Assembly: GCA_039801225.1 (NCBI GenBank)
Contig: JBDRUH010000030.1
Coordinates: 1 to 16,873 of the forward strand
Length of the DNA stretch: 16,873 nucleotides
Source: a candidate division WOR-3 bacterium
Lineage (GTDB): Bacteria > Hydrothermota > Tepidihabitantia > Tepidihabitantales > Tepidihabitantaceae
Reading direction: 5' to 3'
Shown: piece after piece, positions 7,564 through 16,873 of the stretch
How the letters are laid out: each line of letters begins with the position of its first letter
Position numbering within the stretch: position 1 is the stretch's first letter
The notes under the pieces: generated by a model
The model's input: the letters and a program-made list of their open reading frames with translations, nothing else
Told to the model about the DNA's origin: nothing
Databases searched by the model: none
Translations under genes and position numbers: made by a program

Positions 7564-8114
7564 AGAAAATTTATGGAGAATGTCGGACAAAGATGAATAA
7601 AGCAATTGAGGTTTTAACCAGCGAGTTCTCCCGGATTAGAACCGCCCGGGCAAATCCGGCAATTCTTGATGGTGTCAAAGTTAACTACTACAATACCTTA
7701 ACCCCATTACGACAGGTGGCGAGTATCTCTGCTCCAGAACCACGCCTCTTAGTGGTTCAACCCTGGGACAGGACCGTTTTGCCGGAGATAGAAAAAGCGA
7801 TATTGAAAGCGGACCTGGGACTCAGCCCAAAGGTTGAAGGGAGTCTCATACGGATTCCCATCCCTCCCCTTACTGAGGAGCGACGGCGAGAACTGGTTAA
7901 ACTTTGTGCCAAACTTACCGAAGACACCCGAGTGGCAATTCGGAGTGTGAGGCGCGATTTCATTGAGGAGATTAAAAAATTGGAAAAGGATAAGAAGGTT
8001 TCTGAAGATGATGCCAAATTGGCCCAGAAAAAAATTCAAGAAATTACCGACGAGTTCATTAAAAAACTGGATGAACTATTAAAGAAAAAAGAGGCGGAAA
8101 TTATGGAAAGGTGA
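7557..8114 (+). CDS. frr: Ribosome recycling factor
   Basis: IRTARANPAILD.V.V.YY...PL.QVA.I..PEPR.L.VQPWD..IPPLTEERRRELVK..R..IR..RR..IQ.ITD..I..LD.....KE.EIM. Confidence 0.97.
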   Translation: MLEKIYGECRTKMNKAIEVLTSEFSRIRTARANPAILDGVKVNYYNTLTPLRQVASISAPEPRLLVVQPWDRTVLPEIEKAILKADLGLSPKVEGSLIRIPIPPLTEERRRELVKLCAKLTEDTRVAIRSVRRDFIEEIKKLEKDKKVSEDDAKLAQKKIQEITDEFIKKLDELLKKKEAEIMER

Positions 8115-8130
8115 CCCGACGGGTCGTTTT
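8111..8130 (+). terminator. Small hairpin plus short U tract overlapping the frr stop (weak terminator/attenuator or palindrome remnant)
   Basis: GACCC-GAC-GGGTC (8113-8125), extendable by G-U pairs, followed by GTTTT. Confidence 0.3.
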
Positions 8131-8144
8131 GAATCAAACCGTTA

Positions 8145-8933
8145 ATGTCAGATAGCCGAATTTCCTCAATCCGAAAAGAGCCAAGGTATTTTTCTCCAAT
8201 GGGACTCGGGGCAGATTTAAATGGTCTAAAAATCCCAATTCATATTGCCGCGATAATGGACGGCAATGGTAGATGGGCACAACGCCGGGGGCTACCGCGC
8301 TCATTCGGTCATCATCAGGGCGTTAAAGCATTAAGAGAGGTGGTTAAAACCTGCGGGGAGATCGGCGTTAAGTTTCTCACCGTATTTACTTTCTCTACAG
8401 AAAACTGGCAAAGACCCGAAAAGGAAATCAAGAGTCTGATGAAACTTCTTGTCCGAGGAGTTGATGAATACCGGAAGGAATTGATTAAAAATCAGGTTCG
8501 GGTCCGGGTGATTGGACGGTTAAATGATTTTCCGGAGTCGGTTCGGGGAAAAATAAAAACACTCGTTGCCGACACAAAAGAAAATACCGGACTAACTCTT
8601 ACCCTTGCTTTAAGTTATGGCGGTCAGAGAGAAATCATTGATGCCTGCCGAAAAATCGGGGAAAAAATCCTTGATGGTGTAATTACCGCTCCTCCGGTTT
8701 CTAAAGAGGAGTTTCAGAAATTTCTTTACGACCCGGAATTACCCGAGGTTGACCTCTTAATCCGGACCGGTGGTGAACACCGGCTTTCTAACTTTCTCCT
8801 CTGGCATCTTGCCTATGCCGAACTTTATTTCACCGATACCCTCTGGCCCGATTTCCGGCGCGAACAGCTCATAGTAGCAATCAAGGACTTTTCTTCCCGT
8901 CAGCGCCGGTTTGGGCGTGTTGAACAACAGTAG
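8145..8933 (+). CDS. uppS: Isoprenyl transferase / undecaprenyl diphosphate synthase
   Basis: HIAAIMDGNGRWA..GH..G..FSTENWQRP..ALSYGG..EI..DLLIRTGGEHRLSNFLLW..AYAELYF...LWPDF..R.RRFG. Start uncertain (8145 or ATG 8199). Confidence 0.96.
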   Translation: MSDSRISSIRKEPRYFSPMGLGADLNGLKIPIHIAAIMDGNGRWAQRRGLPRSFGHHQGVKALREVVKTCGEIGVKFLTVFTFSTENWQRPEKEIKSLMKLLVRGVDEYRKELIKNQVRVRVIGRLNDFPESVRGKIKTLVADTKENTGLTLTLALSYGGQREIIDACRKIGEKILDGVITAPPVSKEEFQKFLYDPELPEVDLLIRTGGEHRLSNFLLWHLAYAELYFTDTLWPDFRREQLIVAIKDFSSRQRRFGRVEQQ

Positions 8934-9741
8934 TATCCCCCAGAATCATAACCGTTTCCCTCTCGGGCGGGTGGTTCTTGGCACAACCCTGGCACTGATG
9001 GTTAGCGGAATAGTGCTATTTGCCCACCGGGCAATATTGGCTGTCCTTGTAGTAGTCTGGATATTTTTGGCAACCCGGGAATTTTTGCAAATTCTCAGCA
9101 AAGCAGAGATATTTTTAGACTGGCGGCTTTTATCAGGACTGAACATTGCAATAATTATCGCCGCCTACTTGAATTGGCTACCCTATTTCCTGATCGCACC
9201 TATCGGGATAATTTTCCTCTCAGCAATTACTCGCCGTCCGCCCCAGCCTCGGGTTCCGGTCTATGGACTTTTTGTTTTAATTTATTTAGGATTCCTCCCC
9301 TCTCACCTCATCCTTTTGCATCAACTTAATATTAGTCGGTGGCTGGTTTTATTTCCTTTAGTCCTTACCTGGGTTAACGACACCGCCGCCTATGCCTTGG
9401 GCAAACTCTTTGGCAAACATCAACTGGCACCACTGCTCAGCCCGAAGAAAACTATTGAAGGGTTTTTTTCCGGACTACTCTTCTCGGCGCTTCTTGCCGG
9501 TATCTGGTTGAAGCGGTTCACTCCATATTCCTTCTATCCGCTTTGGTTTCTGGCGTTAGTCGGGGTCTTTTTAGGCGCCATAGCCCAAACAGGCGACCTG
9601 TTTGAATCGGTATTCAAACGGGCGGTTGGGGTAAAAGATTCCTCTTCAGTTCTGGGTGAGCACGGGGGATTTCTTGACCGGGTTGACAGTCTATTATTTA
9701 CCATCCCGGCATTTTACTATATTACTAACCTTCTATTATGA
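8911..9741 (+). CDS. cdsA: Phosphatidate cytidylyltransferase
   Basis: Multiple hydrophobic segments; WVNDTAAY..GK.FGKH.LAP.LSPKKTIEG; GDLFES.FKR..GVKDS...LGEHGGFLDRVDS. Start uncertain (TTG 8911, GTG 8917 or TTG 8920). Confidence 0.95.
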   Translation: MGVLNNSSIPQNHNRFPLGRVVLGTTLALMVSGIVLFAHRAILAVLVVVWIFLATREFLQILSKAEIFLDWRLLSGLNIAIIIAAYLNWLPYFLIAPIGIIFLSAITRRPPQPRVPVYGLFVLIYLGFLPSHLILLHQLNISRWLVLFPLVLTWVNDTAAYALGKLFGKHQLAPLLSPKKTIEGFFSGLLFSALLAGIWLKRFTPYSFYPLWFLALVGVFLGAIAQTGDLFESVFKRAVGVKDSSSVLGEHGGFLDRVDSLLFTIPAFYYITNLLL

Positions 9742-10736
9742 ATTCCAAAGTGCGACTCCATCCGGTAGCTTTTGATTCTTTTGGGGTAAAAGGAATGTGC
9801 ACCAGGATAGAGACGAAAGACTTAGTGGTTACCATTGACCCGGGTGCTTCAATGGAAACTGACATTTTCCCCCTTCCCGAAGAAGAGAGACAAAAACTGC
9901 TAAAGAGGTTCCAAGAAGCAATTTTTCATTCCTGCCTCCGCTCATCAATAATTGTCATTACCCACTATCATCTTGACCACCTTACCTTAGCCCGCGAGCC
10001 CCAGCTCTATTCCGGGAAGGTACTCTTTGCCAAGAGTCTTGATGACCTTCCCCAGAAACAGGTGGAAACCGCCCAGCGATTTTTTAAATCAATTGACGGT
10101 TTGCCAAAAGAAATAATCTGGGCTGATGGGCGCCAGTTTAAGTTTAAAAAAACAGTAGTAGGGTTTTCTCTGCCCCTTTGGCACGGCCAAGCCGAAGCCG
10201 AGCCCGGCAGGGTGATTATGGTTTATGTTAAACGGGGAAGAGAAACGGTTTTGGTAAGTTCCGATGTTGCCGGGGCAACTGATCCGGTTACGGTAGAAGC
10301 CGTTACCGCTTTAAATCCCGTTACTGCGGTGATTGACGGCTATCCTACTTATCTAAAGGATTCACCGGCTGCCGATATTGAAGTGATAAAGAGCATCATC
10401 AACCTCTGCCGACTTCTCGCCCTTCCTAACCTAAAGACCCTTATCGTTGACCACCACCTTGCCAGAGATTATCGCTACCCGGCGCTATTCCAACTTCTTT
10501 ATTGGAAAGGAAAGGAATTAAGAAAGAGGTTTGGAACCGCAGCAGAAATTGCCGGGAAAAGAAGTGCGGTTCTTGAAGGGCTGGAAAAATATGGCACAAC
10601 CCGCTGGCAGCGCTGGCAGCCGATTGGCATTAAAGAAGCCCAAAGGACAATGGAAAAAGCGGTAGCCGAAGCCTCTCTGGACAAGAAATGGCTGGATGAG
10701 TTTTCCCGCTGGGTAATATCGCCATCTAAAGGTTGA
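9738..10736 (+). CDS. Metallo-beta-lactamase-fold hydrolase, UPF0282/COG2248-like (mainly archaeal family)
   Basis: FDSFGVKGMCT.IET.D....IDPG; ITHYHLDH (HxHxDH); YSGK.LFAK; ADGRQF.F; L.HG; SSDV.G; IDGYPTYL; IVDHHLARD; TAAE..G. This motif order is as I recall for UPF0282. ATGA overlap with cdsA. Confidence 0.75.
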   Translation: MNSKVRLHPVAFDSFGVKGMCTRIETKDLVVTIDPGASMETDIFPLPEEERQKLLKRFQEAIFHSCLRSSIIVITHYHLDHLTLAREPQLYSGKVLFAKSLDDLPQKQVETAQRFFKSIDGLPKEIIWADGRQFKFKKTVVGFSLPLWHGQAEAEPGRVIMVYVKRGRETVLVSSDVAGATDPVTVEAVTALNPVTAVIDGYPTYLKDSPAADIEVIKSIINLCRLLALPNLKTLIVDHHLARDYRYPALFQLLYWKGKELRKRFGTAAEIAGKRSAVLEGLEKYGTTRWQRWQPIGIKEAQRTMEKAVAEASLDKKWLDEFSRWVISPSKG

Positions 10737-10760
10737 CAATGGACTTTTTCCCAGTAAAAT
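10733..10760 (+). promoter_or_regulatory. Sigma70-type promoter for dnaN
   Basis: TTGACA (10733-10738, overlapping the upstream TGA stop), 16 bp spacer, TAAAAT (10755-10760); SD AAGGAGG at 10852-10858. Confidence 0.6.
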
Positions 10761-10767
10761 TTAGAAA

Positions 10768-10827
10768 GCAAGGCTAAAGCCTTGCCCTACATCCCCGGTC
10801 CAATGTAGGGCAAACCTTTAGGTTCGC
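10768..10827. repeat. Inverted doublet of GTAG-type REP-like palindromes
   Basis: Minus strand 10790->10768 reads GTAGGGCAAGGC-TTTA-GCCTTGC; plus strand 10805-10827 reads GTAGGGCAAACC-TTTA-GGTTCGC; 14-nt spacer. A perfect 11-bp stem TTGCCCTACAT (10782-10792) / ATGTAGGGCAA (10803-10813) can also form. Confidence 0.75.
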
Positions 10828-10862
10828 AAAGTGTGCAGAAATAATAAGAAAAAGGAGGCGGT

Positions 10863-11957
10863 ATGCGTTGTGAATTGAACCGTGATATTATGATTGATCT
10901 TTTGAGCAATGTTGTCCATGTTCTACCCAGCAGGACGACGACACCGGTGTTTGAGAACATTCTCCTGGAGGTCACTGGTGAAAAATTAGCCCTTACCGGT
11001 GCTGATGGCGACAATGTGGTAAGAAAAGAGGTCGTCCTGGAAGGAAAATCCGAAGAAGGGAAAACCCTTTTGAAAGGGAAAAAGTTATTAGAACTTATTC
11101 GGGAGAGCCAGCAACCAACCGTGGTGATTTTTAGCCAAGAGGAAAAGGTGATTGTGGAAAGCGGTAGAATGCGGGCGACACTTGTTTCCCTTCCCCCAGA
11201 TGATTTTCCGCCTCTACCCAGTTTTCCCAAAGAAGTGAGCATAGAGTTCCCCCTGGCGCTATTATTTGAAATGTTTGACCGATGTGGTTTTGCGGTCTCA
11301 AAAGACGAAGCCCGACCGGCACTTACCGCCATTAACTGGGAAATCTATAAAAATGAGTCGCGGATGGTGGCTACCGATAGTTATCGACTGGCGTGTATTA
11401 CACGGAAAATAAAATCTAACACCCGTGCAAAAATGCTACTAACGCCTAAGGCAATAGACATTCTCCCCCGAGCCGAGGAAAAGGTGAAAGTCTCCCTTGA
11501 CCCGAGAATGGTGGGGTTTCAACTTGAAGGAACCTCGGTAATATCCCGAATGATTGAAGGACCTTACCCGGAATATGAAAAGGTAATACCTCAAGGTTAT
11601 CCTTATCGGGCGCAGTTGGAACGAGACGGCTTCATTGCCGCGGTGCGTCGGGCAACGGTGATCGCTCACCCCCTGGGGAAACAAATTAGCCTTGAATTCA
11701 AACCGAATATGGTCGTGGTGCGGGCGGAAAATCCCGACCTGGGGTTAAGTGAGGAGGAAATGGAAATCACCTATAATGGTGAAGAAATCCGCATCGGCTT
11801 TAATGGCGGCTATCTGATAGAAATTCTTAATCATATTGAGACGGAGAATTTTGTGGCGGAATTTTCTAACCCAATGGCGCCGGTAGTCTTCAAACCGGTG
11901 GATAGCGAAGCCGGAGCCGAGGACCTGTTTATTCTGATGCCGGTGAGGTTAGATTAA
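10863..11957 (+). CDS. dnaN: DNA polymerase III beta subunit (sliding clamp)
   Basis: 364 aa; RTTTPVFENILL..L.LTG.D; DDFP.LP; FAVSKDEARPALT; MVATDSYRLA; SRMIEGPYPEYEKVIP; IGFN..YL.E.L; ILMPVRL. Confidence 0.96.
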   Translation: MRCELNRDIMIDLLSNVVHVLPSRTTTPVFENILLEVTGEKLALTGADGDNVVRKEVVLEGKSEEGKTLLKGKKLLELIRESQQPTVVIFSQEEKVIVESGRMRATLVSLPPDDFPPLPSFPKEVSIEFPLALLFEMFDRCGFAVSKDEARPALTAINWEIYKNESRMVATDSYRLACITRKIKSNTRAKMLLTPKAIDILPRAEEKVKVSLDPRMVGFQLEGTSVISRMIEGPYPEYEKVIPQGYPYRAQLERDGFIAAVRRATVIAHPLGKQISLEFKPNMVVVRAENPDLGLSEEEMEITYNGEEIRIGFNGGYLIEILNHIETENFVAEFSNPMAPVVFKPVDSEAGAEDLFILMPVRLD

Positions 11958-11970
11958 CAACGAGGGCAAA

Positions 11971-12813
11971 GTGCCAATCGTCCCACGCTCTAAATCTCAC
12001 ACTTTTCTCTACTCATTGGCACAATTTCTCCTCAGCACCTTTCCTTTAACACTATTTTTAAACTGCCGGCAACTTGACCCCAACTATTCTGAACCAATAA
12101 TTCAAGGCAGTCTCTACCGCCTGGAGAATTACGACTATTCGGTGAGTTATGAGCGTTACTTTGATATATTTGACAGCCGTGGGTTACGGATGGTACCGAT
12201 AATAATTTTAAACAAAGAAACGCTTGATGGCAACTATTATGGAACAGAATATATTTATCAAGACACCAATACCTTTCCGGTTAACACTCGCTACCGTTTA
12301 CAGGTCAGTCACTACTGGGGCAAAGCGACTGCAGAAGTAATGATGCCGGGAAACTTCTCACTAATAACTCCGCCAGAAAACTACATCCTTGACTTAGAGT
12401 CAACGCTGGTTATCTCCTGGCACCCTGCGCCGGGAGCAGAATGGTATGGCGTTGAACTGAGAATTGACTACGATTACCGGAACTTTTTCGGCGAAGAGGA
12501 GGATTATACTTACATATTTGATACATTGGTTAAAGACACATCACTGACAATACCGCCGGAGAGGATTTTCCCGGCCTCGGTTGCTGATGTTTTGGAGGGT
12601 GATGGCAGCGCTTGGGTTTGGGCTGGTTCAGGACCGACTTTTCTCCCTGGCGATAAAGGCAACATCAACGGGGCTGGCTTTGGATTCTTCAATGCCATTA
12701 ATGAAACCCGCGAGAAATACTTTTATGTTGGAGCACCAATAAACATCCGCCGGCATCCGAAAATCATTCGGGAACGCCGGCGGATGTTATATTCCACCGC
12801 CTTCCGCGGTTAA
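11971..12813 (+). CDS. Hypothetical protein, probable lipoprotein (beta-rich, Tyr/Asp-rich)
   Basis: 280-aa ORF 13 nt after dnaN; GTG with upstream GAGGG; hydrophobic stretch ending LTLFLNC (atypical lipobox, Cys32); C-terminal GNINGAGFGFF reminiscent of DUF4249-type lipoproteins (tentative). Confidence 0.6.
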   Translation: MPIVPRSKSHTFLYSLAQFLLSTFPLTLFLNCRQLDPNYSEPIIQGSLYRLENYDYSVSYERYFDIFDSRGLRMVPIIILNKETLDGNYYGTEYIYQDTNTFPVNTRYRLQVSHYWGKATAEVMMPGNFSLITPPENYILDLESTLVISWHPAPGAEWYGVELRIDYDYRNFFGEEEDYTYIFDTLVKDTSLTIPPERIFPASVADVLEGDGSAWVWAGSGPTFLPGDKGNINGAGFGFFNAINETREKYFYVGAPINIRRHPKIIRERRRMLYSTAFRG

Positions 12814-12820
12814 TTAAGCT

Positions 12821-14263
<1,443 letters not shown>

Positions 14264-14368
14264 CAAATGTGGAAATTCTCCCCATCTAATGGAGAAATCT
14301 TCCTATTTATATTTATTCAATCGTATAAATCCTAATTCAAAAAACAAAATTTTAGATTTATGGCATCC

Positions 14369-15121
14369 TCAATATTCACCGCGGTTGAAGAAGTAAACCG
14401 CAGCCGCGGTGGTGATGATGCTGAAGATGATCAGAAAGCCGAAGTCAAACCATAAAGGGTAAAAAGAAAAGCCTAACACCAACCGGCGCACTAAATCAAC
14501 ACCATAGGTCAAAGGGTTGATGCGCACCAGGATATTGAGCCACCAGGGTATGCCCTTCATCGGAAAGAGGGCACCGCTTAAAAACCACATCGGCATAATC
14601 ACAAAGTTCATTATCGTGCCAAACCCCTGAAACGATGTCATCCGCGCTGCTATAACAATCCCGATTCCGGTCAGGGCAAATGACATTATCGCCATAACTA
14701 TTAATAAAGGCAGGATGTTGACCAACAGCAGTTTGACTTTAACCAGTGGCGCCAGAAGAAGGACAATGCAGCCTTGAATAAGGGAAAGGGTTGTGCCGGC
14801 AAAACCTTTGCCGATAACAATTGATGTTCTCGGCACCGGTGCAACCAAAATCTCCTTTAAGAACCCGAATTCGCGGTCCCAGATAATTGAGATAGCCGAC
14901 TGGATGGAGGTGAAGATACTTGTCATCGCCACGATACCCGGAAAGATGAACTGGGTGTAGTTGACATTGCCCACCTGTTGATAGCCACCGCGCAGACCAA
15001 GACCGAGGATAAAGAGCCAGAGCACCGGTCTGGTCATTGAACCGTAGAACTGACTCTTTTCCCGAAAATATCTGATGACATCCCTGAGCCAGACCATATA
15101 GATACAGGCAATGTCAATCAT
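14369..15121 (-). CDS. ABC-2 type exporter permease (DrrB-like)
   Basis: Six predicted TM segments; Y.QFIFPGI.AM, SIIWDREFGFLKEILVAPV.R.SIV.GK, PMWFLSGALFP, INPLTYGVD..R. Confidence 0.92.
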   Translation of the reverse strand: MIDIACIYMVWLRDVIRYFREKSQFYGSMTRPVLWLFILGLGLRGGYQQVGNVNYTQFIFPGIVAMTSIFTSIQSAISIIWDREFGFLKEILVAPVPRTSIVIGKGFAGTTLSLIQGCIVLLLAPLVKVKLLLVNILPLLIVMAIMSFALTGIGIVIAARMTSFQGFGTIMNFVIMPMWFLSGALFPMKGIPWWLNILVRINPLTYGVDLVRRLVLGFSFYPLWFDFGFLIIFSIITTAAAVYFFNRGEY

Positions 15122-15130
15122 TTAATTCTT

Positions 15131-16132
15131 TTAACGCCAAGCCCTTCCCATCCTGCGGAGGGTGCCTTTGAGTTTCTCCTGTCCGCTCGCCTCCTCATCC
15201 CTTATCTCCCTGCCGGTCAGTTTGAGGAACACATCATCAAGGGTTGGCTGACGCACCGAAACCGATAACACCGGCACACTTAAATCCCGAACCAACTTCG
15301 GAACAAAGAGCGCCCCATTCGGAACCTGAAACCAAACCTTATCCCGGTCAGATTGCGCCTTAATGCCATAACGCTCTTCAATCTCAATGACCGCCCTCTG
15401 GTTATCAGCGGTTGAAAGAAAAACCTGGTCCCCCTTCATCTGTGCCTTGAGATTCGCCGGCGTGTCCAGGGCAATTATTTTCCCATGGTCAATTATCGCT
15501 ATCCGGTCGCAATATTCTGCCTCATCCATATAATGGGTGGTGAGGAAGAGCGTCATATTGTGCTCCTGACGCAACTCAAGAAGCCTTTCCCAGATGCGGT
15601 TTCTGGTCTGGGGATCAAGACCAAGCGTAGGCTCATCAAGGAAAAGGACCCGCGGTGTATGCAAAAGTGCCCGGGCAATCTCCAGCCGGCGCTTCATCCC
15701 GCCGGAAAAGTTGCGCACGATGGTATCTGACCGTGAAGAGAGCTCCATCCATTCCAGCGCCCGCTCAATCCGAACCTTTAACTCACTCTTGGGCACCTTG
15801 TAAATTAGTGCGTGAAACCGCAGATTCTCCCTGGCGGTCAGACGGTCATCAAGTGAAGGGTCTTGAAAGATGATTCCGATCGCCCGACGCACCCGGTTTT
15901 CTTCTCTTAAAATATCGCAACCAGCAACCTTTGCCCTTCCTGAACTGGGCTTTGTCAAAGTGCAAAGCATCCTCACCGTTGTTGTTTTGCCCGCGCCATT
16001 TGGACCCAGAAACCCGAAAATCTCGCCCGTCTCAACCGAAAATGAGATATGGTCAACCGCAACAAAACCCTTAAAATCCTTGGTCAGTTCTGAAGCCTCA
16101 ATTACCGGGGCGGTATTTAACTCAAGGTTCAT
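15131..16132 (-). CDS. ABC exporter ATP-binding subunit (DrrA-like, with C-terminal extension)
   Basis: Walker A GPNGAGKTT, signature FSGGMKRRLEIAR, Walker B LFLDEPT.GLDP, TTHYMDEAE; C-terminal PTLDDVFLKLTGREIRD. Confidence 0.94.
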   Translation of the reverse strand: MNLELNTAPVIEASELTKDFKGFVAVDHISFSVETGEIFGFLGPNGAGKTTTVRMLCTLTKPSSGRAKVAGCDILREENRVRRAIGIIFQDPSLDDRLTARENLRFHALIYKVPKSELKVRIERALEWMELSSRSDTIVRNFSGGMKRRLEIARALLHTPRVLFLDEPTLGLDPQTRNRIWERLLELRQEHNMTLFLTTHYMDEAEYCDRIAIIDHGKIIALDTPANLKAQMKGDQVFLSTADNQRAVIEIEERYGIKAQSDRDKVWFQVPNGALFVPKLVRDLSVPVLSVSVRQPTLDDVFLKLTGREIRDEEASGQEKLKGTLRRMGRAWR

Positions 16133-16147
16133 AACCGATAATGAAAA

Positions 16148-16187
16148 GGCAAGGTTTTAGCCTTGCTTTCCTGACTGCAAACCTGAA
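16148..16187 (+). repeat. Degenerate copy of the REP-like palindrome plus a truncated partner
   Basis: GGCAAGGTTTTAGCCTTGCTTTC (16148-16170) matches the reverse complement of 10764-10786 (GGCAAGGCTTTAGCCTTGCTTTC) at 22/23 positions. GCAAACCTGAA (16177-16187) resembles the start of the reverse complement of the second REP variant (GCGAACCTAAA). Confidence 0.65.
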
Positions 16188-16202
16188 CAGCCGAAAGCCA
16201 AT

Positions 16203-16873
16203 TTAATCCTTTGCTGTATCAATCTGCGCCTTCTGCAAAGCGCCGGAATAGTCAATATAGACCGTCTTCAGTTCCGAGAAGATTTCATAGGCGGTCCAGC
16301 CACCTTCGCGATGTCCGTTACCTGTCTCCTTAACACCACCAAAAGGCAGATGGCACTCGGCACCGATTGTTGGCGCATTGACATAAGTTATTCCCGCCTC
16401 AATTTTCTCAATCGCCTTCATCGCCAGATTCACATCACGGGTATAGATTGATGATGAAAGACCATAGGAGGTGCGGTTAAGCACCTGTATCGCCTCATCA
16501 AAATCCTTAACCCTGATAACCGAAAGCACCGGACCAAATATCTCCTCCTGGGCGATGCGCATATCTGGCTTCACATCACCGAAAACTGTCGGCGCATAGA
16601 AATAGCCTTTGTCATAATCGCCGCCTTTTAAAGGCTCACCACCGCAGAGAAGTCTTGCCCCTTCCATTTTGCCCATCTCAACATAACTGTGAACAGTTTT
16701 TCGCTGACCTTCACTCACCAGAGGTCCCATCTCCACCTTTTCCTCCAAACCGTTGCCAACAACAATTTTCTTTGCCCGTTCAACAACCATCTCCAAAAAC
16801 TTTTCATAGATGCCATCCTCAAGAATCAGCCTTGATGTGGCGGTGCAGCGCTGTCCGGTAGTGCCAAATGCAC
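16203..16873 (-). CDS. Aldehyde dehydrogenase family protein (C-terminal part; 5' truncated by the window)
   Basis: The frame continues to the window end: AFGTTGQRCTATSRLI (catalytic Cys motif), then MGPL, EEIFGPV, YGLSSSIYT, HLPFGGVKETGNGHREGG. Confidence 0.94.
   Translation of the reverse strand, partial: AFGTTGQRCTATSRLILEDGIYEKFLEMVVERAKKIVVGNGLEEKVEMGPLVSEGQRKTVHSYVEMGKMEGARLLCGGEPLKGGDYDKGYFYAPTVFGDVKPDMRIAQEEIFGPVLSVIRVKDFDEAIQVLNRTSYGLSSSIYTRDVNLAMKAIEKIEAGITYVNAPTIGAECHLPFGGVKETGNGHREGGWTAYEIFSELKTVYIDYSGALQKAQIDTAKD

Noticed and set aside
8145..8212. A further palindromic insert in the uppS N-terminal region (TAGCCGAATTTCC..GGACTCGG)
   Set aside because: Complementarity is only partial and the start codon is uncertain; UppS N-termini are naturally variable.
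10737..10862. Possible oriC, riboswitch or tRNA upstream of dnaN
   Set aside because: No TTATCCACA-like box cluster, no cloverleaf and no riboswitch consensus that I recognise; the symmetry is explained by the REP doublet.
10787..11332. 181-aa antisense ORF and the other short overlapping ORFs in the track (e.g. 3894-4310, 4063-4416, 6111-6452, 1472-1816)
   Set aside because: They lie within or opposite well-conserved genes, show no recognisable motifs, and are best explained as shadow ORFs.
14276..14296. TTCTCC..GGAGAA inverted repeat as a terminator for the ABC operon or an operator for gdhA
   Set aside because: The stem is short and bulged and the U tract is weak; it cannot be distinguished from chance in an AT-rich spacer.

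Overview
Bacterial chromosomal window with no RNA genes, CRISPR array or transposase. Gene style (FlgD/'T9SS-like' C-terminal domain protein, rplM-rpsI-rpsB-tsf linkage) suggests an FCB-related candidate phylum such as WOR-3; this is inference only. Plus strand: the 3' end of a secreted beta-propeller/FlgD-Ig protein; a 1016-aa secreted protein with two GH113-like TIM barrels, the first lacking the acid/base Glu and the second split by an inserted 7-blade Ycf48/BNR-like propeller; rpsF-ssb with no rpsR but an orphan Shine-Dalgarno in its place; the coupled operon rplM-rpsI-rpsB-tsf-pyrH-frr-uppS-cdsA plus an archaeal-type UPF0282 metallo-beta-lactamase-fold gene; then a separately promoted dnaN and a probable lipoprotein. 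Minus strand: gdhA, a DrrAB-type ABC-2 exporter pair and a partial aldehyde dehydrogenase. The most notable signals are the double-GH113/propeller architecture, a GTAG-type REP doublet in the dnaN leader with a degenerate copy near 16150, and short GC-rich palindromes that coincide with extra in-frame peptides in ssb and pyrH.
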